Shown here one piece after another: positions 12,501-24,500 of a DNA stretch of 64,000 nt. Source of the stretch: Phoronis australis (lineage: Eukaryota > Animalia > Phoronida); NCBI GenBank assembly GCA_002633005.1, contig NMRA01000062.1:335022-399021 (forward strand), written 5' to 3'. Position numbers and translations under genes: made by a program. The notes below the pieces were generated by a model. That model was given only the letters and a program-made list of their open reading frames with translations, made no database searches and was not told the DNA's origin. Numbering within the stretch: the stretch's first letter is position 1; the number at the start of each line of letters is the position of its first letter.

Positions 12501-15500
12501 ACGAAATAATCAACAATGTTAAAAGGGCACTTGCATGCTGAGTACTAATTTTTGTTATTATTTGGCCAAATAAGCTAATGGTACAACTGGCTACAACGAT
12601 ATGGCAGGCAAGTTGCTGAATGTTTTGAACAACATTATAAAGTCACGATGGAAATGAACAGACACAAACTCTAGACAAGTGCTTTGCTGACACTGTGCTG
12701 TTGAGCTGTGTGTGTTACAAGCTCCTGCAAGGTATCACTTCATGACAAATGTCATACTTATACTTTAATACTGCAAATTAGTTGTTTTTAGTCTGTTTGT
12801 CTTGAAAATCAAATCGGTTGTACAGTATTGTAAGTTGCTCACTTTTTCAAAAAAGACAAATTCATCCGAGATTAGTACAAATGATGAGGATTTGTGATTC
12901 TTTATTCATCAAGAATTAGCAACTCAAAGAGTTTCAAATCTTGCTTACTTGCCTTTGTGAAGCATTTCAAAAAAAGCACCAGACTTCGGCTAAAATTGAT
13001 GTGGGCGGGTGTTTCTTTGTTTTTTTTTCCTATTCAGTTAGTGCAGGTCTCAAAATGAGTCGCGTGCAGACCACCTGAGCCAACTACACTTCTTTGGCCT
13101 TACCTATGCACACAATATCAGATTGACTGGGTACAAGCTATGCTAAAATTGCTTTACTTAACAATTTCTACTGGTAGCTCAGCACAGTGCGACCATGCAA
13201 ATTACACCTTAAGGCTGCCACTATGGCCGCAATGCTTGGATGGGTAGTCGTGCATCTCTTACCTTCCTCCCTTGTCACTAAGCACTACATCTCCATCAGT
13301 GGAAGCCACGTCACTCTCTGACTGCCCCTCATCCACTTGATCCAGTTTTTGCACATTACTTTTGGATGATGGTAATGCCTGCTTGACCCGTTTCTCTGCA
13401 ACAACCGTGAAGAACTCCGTTCACTATGATCCATAATGCAAAAGCATGAGAAAGATCAATGAAAATAATCCGAATTGAAGTGGTGAGGAAGCACATGCAT
13501 TTAGTGTGCAAACAAGTACACTTACTTTAAACTAATAAATATAGCAATGAAATAGTGTTAAAATATACTATACAGAAAGCAATTACAAGTAAACAAATGC
13601 TTAACTAGACATAGAACAGACAACTTATAATCAAAGAAAAACACAGTGATCAAGAGAATGAAGGACTGGACATATTAGTAATGGTTAGTGAACATAAAAA
13701 GCAGTGAAGAAGAAACCAAGGTGCAAAATAGCAATTAGAGCACCGCAACTGAACTGATACAACACAAAATTCAAGAGCATTGTACAATGGTGAAGATGTC
13801 ATTATTGATGACTATACATGTATCATGACCAAGGTTATCAAGAAAAGTGACTGTTACCATGACGATGGTCATCATGAGAAAGAGTAGTGTAAAAAAGTTA
13901 CAATGATGATGAAGGTTGTCATGACCAGCGTTATGTTAAAGGGACATATTGAAGCTGCCAAGCTGTCAACATTGAACTCTGAACTAAAGAGGTTCAAAAA
14001 CTTTGCCACACTGATTGAATCTTGAATTGTTGCCAAGTGAGACAGCATCTCAAATCACAGGCGATGCGTACATGCATCTTCAAGTTTGCAATTATAGGGT
14101 TGGCCAATCTCAAACCAGCTTTACTGAAGAGTATCAGGAAGATAACCCTCATTAAAAGTCCATGCACATTTCCATACACCCAGGATGGTGATGGTAGATT
14201 TGCGGATTAAAAATATTCTCAGGTTTATATGCAAGGACTGATAAAATCAGTGCAATGACAAAAATGTAATAGGCCTGTTGACACAGCCAGCTGTAACGAG
14301 TGGTTGACAGCAAGCAGAGTGCCTTAGTTGTACCAAACATCCTATTTATGGCTCCCTGTAAATAATGGCCGTGTCATGATGATAAAAAAAATATCATGAG
14401 TTATGAGGACTATCATGACTAGGGATATCATGAGTTATGAAGATTATCATGACAAGGGATGCCATTAGTTTTATTTTATTTTATTTATCTTATTGCGATA
14501 TTTACAATGAGGGTAACCCTATCAGTTTTCACGTGCTTTCCATGGGGGCCCTGAATGTAATTGGGAATATCATGACAAGGGATATCATGAGTTATGAGGA
14601 TTATCATGACAAGGGATATCAAGAATTGTAAGGATTATCATGATAAGGGATATCATGTGTTACGAGCATTATCATGATAAGGGCTATCGTGTGTTATAAG
14701 GATTATAATGATAAGGGGTCTTCATAAGTTATGAAGATTATCATGAAAAGGGATATAATGAGTTACGAGGATTATCATAACGGATATCAAGAGTGTGATG
14801 ACTATCATGACCAGAATGATGCTGAGATGAGGTTGTTAGCCAATGTCGTTAAGAGGCGGTGACCATGCAGGTTGTACCTCTGAAACTGGTTAGCGCCAAA
14901 CTGGAGCTCTTTCTGAGCAGTCTAATTTGCCGGACAGTTTTCCTTTTGGTGTAGCTTGCTTGTCGCTTTGCTACAGCCTTTCTCTCTAGAAGAAAACAAC
15001 CACACTAGCAGTTGTAGACCCATCATGCCATCTAGAGTGAATCATAACTTTCCAGCAACAGCAACCAGTGGGGCAGACTTACCAAACTAAAGAATTTGGT
15101 AATTTACATCTGTCAGCAGCTTTTATAAAGCTGGTATGGCTTGAGGCTAATTAAAGTATTGACAGACTTGCTCATTTAGTCTGTATGCTTTGAGGTGGGT
15201 GGTCATTTCCCACAGCAGCCAAATTAACCAATTACCGGCTTGGTCACTGACTGGGCAGATTTCATATCCACTTTTCAAATCTGCTCTAACTTTTGAGGGT
15301 TGGCAAGGGTTACAAAGCACTTTTTGCTCATAGATTAGAGTGAGCCACTGTCAACATCATTCTGCTAAAGGTCTAAACTGTTGTATCTTTTTAACATTAT
15401 CCGAAAGCCTGTGCATAAAACCAAACATTGTATACAACTGAGGAACTTAACACAGTCAAAGCAGAAAGCATGAAAATTTAAACTTTCAATATCAATCTCA

Positions 15501-18500
15501 TAATTATTGGGTTACATATTAATCCTGAAGTTCTTTCAGTAGAGGTAAGCTAAAAAGTAAGGTACACACAGAAACATTTGTACAGCTGTACACATATATG
15601 CTACAAGACAAAGTAAGTAATATGTTATAGTGGCACGCTAGTGACTTATTCATAGCAAGGAAAGAAGCAAGCGTGTACATACTTCGTATCTTCTTAAACT
15701 TGTACTCAATAATCTTCTTGAAAGCCATCAAAATAAACATGGTGCGCCGCAGGAAAGTCCAGCGTTGTTCAGCTGCAAACACAGACGAGCGTGCAGGCAC
15801 ACGATGCAGGCAACACATGCGCCAAACAAGATGCGTGCGTCAATGAGGTGGATTGGCCGAAGCCCGTTGTGTGAAACGGTTCCAAAAGCGACTAAACCGA
15901 GCTCCCTAAATTTTCAGCGCATTTACGGACTTTGAGCAAACTCCGACTGTCTTTTCACCTTACATTTTATCTTCTATTGCTACTCCAAATTTTAGCTTTG
16001 ATGCATACCGAGAGTAAACTGTAAAGTTTTGGAACATAAATAAGGACCTTTTCATTCAACATCCCCGATTTAAGGGCAGTCCTTATTTATTTTAATTGAT
16101 GTAAGGGCTGCGTTTTCACATTATGGTATTCACATTTATTAGAATATGTCATAAGTAAAAGAGGACCTCCTGATGCAGATGAAGTGCATAAACCAAGCCT
16201 TCGATTGCGCTGAAAATTTATGGAACTGAGTCAAGTCCTTCTTGGGACTGTTTCACACAACCAGCCACTGAATCACTCAGGCATTACACGTGTGGTGATA
16301 CATGCAAAGCTGTTCAAGGTTGCAAATGAAATAAGGTGCATTATTCGTGTAAGAACCAAGGCTTGATGTCACATCTCAAAGTTGCTTGAGTCACATTGAG
16401 GTCAAAGTTAACTTGAAAGCAAAGTCCAGACTTTCACATTCAGGAAAAGTAACCAGCCGCACGAGAGCGATTGGTGCTGCCACCTGGCCATTGGGAAAGA
16501 TAATCCTACTTGGTATCAGGTATTAACATTATTATAAAGCATTACGTACAACTGATATATGTACAGACTAAGTACCTTGGGACGAGAAGTGGAATTAGAA
16601 AACTAGAAACTAACACAAGAATTTTTGACAAAAATACTCCGATTCATTTGTCAGCGTCAGCCGATAACTTTTAAATTCTGTCAAATGAGTAAATGGTTTT
16701 AAACATGATTAGCCAGAAATTTAGTTGGATCAACAGAAACATTCGTCTCAGTCTTATTGCAGCATTTCATTGAGAACAGTCATGAACCTTAAAGTTGCTG
16801 GACCAGAGTTTGGCAAATAAAGTGGCTAAAACTCAAATTAAACCGATTTTTTGTACGTTCTACATCAAAAAGAATCATGACCTTTGACCTGGGTATAAAA
16901 CCCCCAAAGTCATGTATTCTTGCATACTCTATCAATAGTGGCAGTACAGGTTATTCCAAGGACCTCAACTGAAATTTTAAGCAATTATTGTAACTTAAGA
17001 GAATGAAGAAAAACGTTTCTCTGGGGACTTACATACCTGGATCAAAGATCACGATTCAAAACATCTGTTTAATTTGACTTTACAAAGATCTATTCACCAA
17101 ATTTGGGTCCAGTAACTTTAACACACTCAAGGCATTCTTTGTTCAAAACAGGAGCTGTAGCAGATTTCTAATTTCTAATCAGAAATCAGAAACCAAAACT
17201 AGAAAACAACTGACCATAGAACAACGCTAAAATTAGCAAGACCGATGAAACCAACTATAATAAAATAATGATAACAATAATAACTTTAATATTCAGATTG
17301 TGAACTACTGGATTGTGCCACTGACTTAAGTCTAAATGAGAGATGACTCGGTGCTTTGCGTTCATACGCAGCACACTTTTCACCAACATGTCAAAACAAT
17401 ATGTTAAAGGGCAAAACAGGTGCCAAAGCCGGGCCACTGCAGACACACAGCACACTTCTAATGTGTTGACTCTATCAACTCGATACCTTTAGATTGCTTG
17501 GCTGAACCTGTGGGAGTTATAGTCAATCGACCCACTCTGTTCCAACGGGCCTTGGCTAAAACATCACAGACATGTTGGTGTTTTCAGTTCCTTTCGCTTG
17601 TTATTACAATACATTACCTTACCCCTTTTAATATTGAATTATAAAGGTGTAAAAATTCACTTTCTGTGAACAACAAAATTTTTCTAAATGGATAAAGTGT
17701 AATTCATCATTTGAAAATTTTAACAAGTAACCCCAAAAAATGACTTACTAGTATGTATATCTTGAAACGTGCATACATTAAAATTTTCCTCAAATGTGTC
17801 AACACAAATGATTGGCCATGTGCAACCCATCTAACCAATCAATTTTCGCCTAACAACACTTAATGCCAAGTAATTTAAAATGACCAACCTCTGTCATTCG
17901 GTACAGTATTAGGGTCCACATACAAGGTCAGTGCCTTTCTCAATCGTTCCAGTTTAGCTTTTTGATCTACAAAAATAAGCATAAAAGAATAAAAATACAA
18001 ATGTCACATATATTCAATGAAATGACTCAAGCTCAACAGGTAAATAATTCACAGGTCTCGCATTAAACTGACATTTGTTCACTTTTAACTCTTACAAAAC
18101 AAGAACTTTGGTATTCTCATGACTGGCATATTGCTGACAGCATGAAATAAAGCACTTATTGGTATTTAGTTCTGCAGCTATTATTCAGTTTGAACCCAAA
18201 TCACTAAATTCAAATTACACGCCTTTGTAAGTGTACTACAAGGTTTCAGCTCATGTATTTACATAACAGTTATTGCAATGTTACAGTAGAACGTGTTATT
18301 CATTATGGTTAGACCAGGATTATCACTGACAACATCAGATAATAACAATTACAACCAATATGGCTGAGAGAGACATTCCTTCGACGTGGTGTTCCGACAA
18401 AAACTGTACTGTACTCATCTGATGTTTGAAAAATGTAAAAACGTTACTCTTCTAGAAAATTCTTGGTGAAATTTTGAAGAAAAAAATTTCAATAATTTTT

Positions 18501-21500
18501 CAAAAAAAATAAAAGTGATATCGTTTGTGCGACATTTCCTGCTGGGTTATTAATTCTTCAACTTTTTTGTCAAGCTTGTGTATTTAAACTTTTTTCCAGA
18601 AAAGTGGGTCACAGCTCAAGGTTTTTCTAAAAAAGTAACCCCAATTGGAGGACATTACTGTACAGCCAGTAAAAAAATTAAACTGCCACTAGGAGGCATC
18701 ACAGTCTTACTGTTTGGATCTTCTATCAGTTCTTTGCCGTTAGCCAGATCATAAGCCCTGCCTGCGATGTACTCGCGACGTGACTCTAGGTTGCTTGGTA
18801 ACTTGTCCAGGGTGTCTGGGTCAAACCTCAAATAACAATGTTAGACTGCACTAGTCAGGCACCAATAGTAGAACATGATGCGCGCAGACAGTTTGTCATA
18901 TTAATGTTAAACATTCACCGAACATGCTTACTTGAGAAAGTTCCTATAAGCACTCGGATGCGTTTACTTAAACCAAAACATTAAAAAGACTGCCAGTTCC
19001 AACATTACTTGTTCCAAAACAAAATGAACAGAAATCCTTCAAATTCAATCACTAGCTGAAATCGTTGAAATTTAGTAAATATTTCAAATGTTAACTTCTG
19101 AATGCCAATTTATGAACACTGTTAGTAGTAATTAGTAAAATGATTTTAACAACAGAATAGCAAAGCTTAGTATTAAATACAACACGCTAGGGCACTTAAA
19201 AAATAGAAGCACACGGCAACAGGTTGTCTTTGAACACAATAAAACTTGTGAGCTTATGGGTGATCCAATGAAATTTCATTTATGTTCAGCATATGTCCCG
19301 AGTAAAATACGCGCGTCACAATGAAATACCACTTGTTTTAAGTTACTGATCCACAGGCAACTTAAATGACCAGTATTTTACAGAGAGAGCTACAGAGACT
19401 AACTAAACGGCAATGGAGAACACTGACACTTGAACAATAAACAAAATGGATACTACAACCAGGGCTTGGAATGACCACTGACAAAAAAGAAGAAAATTTT
19501 CCAGGTGAGACATCGTTCCACAAACAAATAAGCTTGTGTGATAAATTTTTTTTGTGTTGTAAAATTTAACTGAAATAAATGTTTTGGTGCATAAAGTTAA
19601 AATAATGACAAAGAGACAGAAAAAGAGCGAACTTGAAATCAAATAAAAAGAAATTGAAATAAAAAAAGAGAAAACTCTCTTAAAGCGGAAAATTCCAAGC
19701 CCTGCATAACACTTACTTTGATTTATCAATCAACAAATCCGTTTATTTACAACAGTTGGGTCCTTGGCCACACATAACACGTAGTTACAAAAGAGTGCTC
19801 AGCAACTCTTTCCTAAAGGGGGTGGTGTAACAAGCAATGATTTCAAAAGGTTAAAACAACTGAGCCTTGGATTCCGATGTTTTCATTAAATTTATCAATT
19901 TATACTTATTCGGTTCACGCCAACACCACTTACGGATAAATAATGCACTTTTCAGAGTACAGTATGTGATACAACAAAAATTAAATGATATTCATCCTCA
20001 ATTCGTGTCACACAAAACCATCAAACACACCACATATGATCTACTTCTGATCTACAACACACTAGTTACCATTTCATCCTGCGATGCAAGAAAATATACA
20101 TCATGTAAAATAATACAACAATTTTTCTCAACAACTCGATAAATTAAATTTGACCACCTGTTCTCTCATACGTCGTTCGTCTCAAAGAATGTACCATCCA
20201 CGTTTTCACTAATTTTGTGACTGAGTTCATGTTTGCAATAATAAGTATTTTCTTATAATGAAGTTCAGGCTTATAACAGTAATCAAGAATGTTTTTATTA
20301 CATGAAACTGCAGCCTATCCGGGCAACTGTTATTAGCTATTTTCATTGGCTAAGAGCTGTTAGTGCCTAATGTAGCTACACCAGACAACTACACTTAACA
20401 GTAACTGTACCGACTTCTAATAGCAGTCATGCAGTACCCTAATGAATCATTTCACAGTTCAAAGGTCACTCGCACAGTAGTCCCGCATAATGAGCAGGCG
20501 TAGTGAACACAATCTCACTAATTACCTAGCATGTAAAAACCATTCAGTGCCGGTTTAATCATTCTGAGATCCCATTAAAGCCACATGCAGTGGCATCCTT
20601 GAAAACCGTTGTTTTGGAATAGATTCTGTTGTTTTGGTTGATCACAGTGAGTTAACATTCCTAATTAATGCAATATAACACCCTGGACTGAAAGCGGTTC
20701 ACTGATTGGTTGAATAGCAAGATTCACAGCAGCTAACTGTTTTTATTCGAGTTTGAAGTCTTGGACTTCATGTGGCACTTTGTGAGCCTTGAAGACAGAT
20801 AACATGGATAGTACATACTTAAGGTTATCTAGGACTTCAATAAACCACCTCAATTCCAAGTCAAATATCAAAAAACTATATATTTTCTGAAAGGAGAAAG
20901 ATTGAGAATTCTAGAAATAATCTTCTCACTCCTGTGTCTTTATTACTGTCATGAAATCACGTCTTTAAGTTAAATTTTCATGTGCAAGAAAGGTACATTC
21001 ATAGCAAAATAACCCTCCAGCCTAATTTACTTACTTCTTTAAATAAAACTTTACACCATGCTTCAAAAACGCTGTTAGGAATTTTTGATTATTCACTAAG
21101 TTTGGGTTTTATGTCGACTTAACTCACAAAACACAAGGCATTTTTGTAACAGAACAGCAGTGATATAGTCCGGTTACCTATTGTCGTCAGGCTCCAAAGG
21201 TCGTCCGCCATCTTGTTTCGCGTGCAGCGCAACCACGCGGGACCTAGCGTTCCAATTTGGAGTGCTCGTGTGCACGTTAGGTACTAACTTATCGGAAGAG
21301 ACACGTATCAAAGTAATGAGACAAAAATCGGTGAGTTTACCGATTGTTTTTTAAAACCACTTAAAAATCAGTAGATTTTACTAATACACTTTTTTGTGCG
21401 TTTTCAGAAGATGTTTTCGAATTTAAATTTTCTTCCGACGGGACACAAAACATGATCCAGGGTTTGTTTATGCAATGTATCTGTTTGTCCCAGGCACTAG

Positions 21501-24500
21501 TAGGATCTAGAAGGCCAAAGGAAAAATCCGCAGACAAATGCGATACGCTGGGTTCTTAACATTTTTGCCTCACGTTCACCATTAAACTGCATTGAAATGT
21601 TGTCCAATTGGCTTTTATTGGAAACCACAGTGCAGAGCTCAACATCAAAGCTTCAAATCGAGTTTATGTCAATAAAAACAGGCTGTTGCAATTTTCATTA
21701 CTTCGTTGGCCTTTTTCTGCATGTTTCTCAGTTTTTACAAAAGGGGGCAGCATATGACGAACTTAGGTGTCACAATAAAATGGCTGCCGAAGGCAGTGCA
21801 CATTTGAAATAACTCGGCACAAATTAAAGAAAACTTCCGAATCGATGAATGCGGTATATCTGTGAGAGTTAAATCGAATCCTATTCAGATCATAACTTTG
21901 AAGTGGAATAATTCGGTGAGTACAACAGCAAGTCGGTTTTATGCTTAGGCGGACGACCATTGGGTTCCCCAGTATATACCTTTCCTGCACATAAAAATTT
22001 GACTTAAAAAAATGTGGTCACATGACAATAATAAAGACACAGTTAGTAAGAAACATATTTTTAAAATCCTCGATATTTCTCCTTTCAAAAAATATATACC
22101 ATTAACAGTTAACAAAACATAGTTATTTTTTCAATATTTGACATAGAGTTGAGATCGCTTATTAAGATCCTAGATAACCTTATTTAAGAAGAAGTCAGTG
22201 AGACCAAGACTGGCCAATTCAAATTCCCTGCACAAGTCATACTGTCTCGATCAACTCACTTCAAATGCGGAATACTTGCATGAGCAAATACTCGTGCAAC
22301 CCTGCGTGGATAAATCCGCCTGCAATGGAGCAGTAACATGCAAGCCTTTTAATTTTCTTGAATTTATTCCGCAATTATCCTTTACAATGCAGTGTTCTCC
22401 CTAGACATATTCGGGCACGGTGCTGCACCATGCTAACATGTTTTGCACCATGCTTAGAAATCTCGAGAGCCATGTTTGAAAAAGCCAGAAAATCTTTGCA
22501 GCCAAATCATTGAAATTGTTTTCCTAAAAGGTAATTTTAATACTGATCAGTCAAAATGATAGCGACACACCCAGCAAGTGAAAATAACACGTAACTAAAG
22601 TTGTTTTTGTGAATTAACGGGAAATGAAGATTACAAGGCGAGAACTTGAGACATAACTTCCACCTTGTTTGAATTTTTGTCCAGGGAGAACCCTGTGAAA
22701 ACATTCTTAATAAGTCTTGTACTAAACCAAGTGAGGGTAATCACAAATCAGTAATTGATCAACTCAAAAATGAAATATCAGCCAGTTATCCGTAGGAAGT
22801 CAAACGTTTCAGACCTTGAAGCCAAACAGGTGAGCCACGGAATCTGCTAGAGCAGAACACTAAGGGTTCACAAAGCTGGAGATAATTACCATCATTTTAA
22901 TGACTTGTTTTACAAACATTATTGCAGGTTGTAAAATTATGAACGGACGTTAATATATCCAGTGCTTAGACGCGTGCTCAATATGTCCTCACTCACCAGA
23001 GTTGAAGTGTATGATCAAAAACCACTGACTCTTCATAAATGTCCTCCTGAAATAGACACAACACAAGTGTGAATAACGCGCGTGTGAACAACAGTGAATA
23101 ATCCTCATCATTCCACACCTCATGATAACCACACCCGAGTTGAGCACTAAATATACAAGTCACCTACTAAAACCACACCCGAGTTGAGCACTAAATATAC
23201 AAGTCACCTACTAAAACTAAAACAATCACTCTCAGTAATGATGTAGCTAGAGGGAGTCTCATGTACACGTACTGCATTTGTTAAACTCAAACGAAAACAA
23301 CATCAAATTTTAAGCTATCAAATGTTTGAAAATTAAAATATAACTGCTAGTATTTTCCAACACGTTCCTTAATTAGACGCTGAAAAACACCTTCATATTA
23401 AACTCCAGCAAGCTTGGTTTCCGCATAAAAACATTTGATTGACTTTAAATAAATGCAAACAAGTTGCTCAGCATTAGGAACCATTGTAAATCCAAAACTT
23501 AATAATTTGACATAGAAATAAATGCACAGGTCACGAGAAATTTATCTGTCTTAGAGGTTGACACAAAGAAACATGAGTTCCAATGAGATTAAACTTGCCA
23601 ATGAATTGAGTTGGTGTTTTTAAATCAGATGCTCAACATGAGTGTGGAAATGGAGAACACAAAAAATCTTTCAGACAACACTAAATTAACTCAATATCCT
23701 AGAAAACATTCAAAATTAAAAACCACATCAAATCATACCATCACCGCAGATAAATTGTTTTTTTGCCCGGAATACGTGACTAGGCGACTCGAGAGACACT
23801 CAATTATTTCTGTCTAAACTGTGCCCGTTTCTATGGCAACAGAAACGCCAAACAAAAGCACTCGATTCACATGTAACACGGTGTCAGACTTAACAGCAGT
23901 ATGAGTTGCACAAAGGTATCACTATGTCAGAGCAGCGTAAGAGAATAACTGTGAATCCAGCAAAACAATAGAATTACGATTCACCATTGAGTTCTTAAGT
24001 GCACCACTGACTTCGAGATGTGGACAATTGCTTGAAAAGAACTTAATGAAGAGAGCAAGAATGATTTACATGAATCAGAAACAGTACACTGCCAGTTGAA
24101 GCTTATAAATACATGCCACACACTGCTTCAATTTGTGTTAACTCGACAATCAATCACACAGGCATGTTCAATACCATGGAGACGACAGGGAAAATGAGTT
24201 ATGATTGAACTAACTGACAAATAAACCATACCATCAAATATTACTTGAACGAATTTAATTGTAAATTATGCCAAGTGGGACTTTATATCAAATGACGCAG
24301 ATAAAAATTTATACTTTTTGAAAAATTTAAGGAAATATCAGTGATCCTAGATTATGCATCCTGCGTAACGAATAAAAGCATATCAGTCCTGACTTATTTC
24401 ATAACTTACGATGTTAAATATTGGCAATAACTAGCAAATTTCAGAAGAAAAGTTATTGAAAAATTTGATCTCTCCAGTTTCAAAGGCTTCAAGCATTTTT

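Noticed and set aside
326-21211. Treating the left half as a separate gene starting at MADDLWSL
   Set aside because: Exons 20, 21 and 22 join in phase into one continuous reading (YLP...EDIYEE...LQLWFDP), so it is one gene. The 21211 ATG is kept only as a possible internal start.
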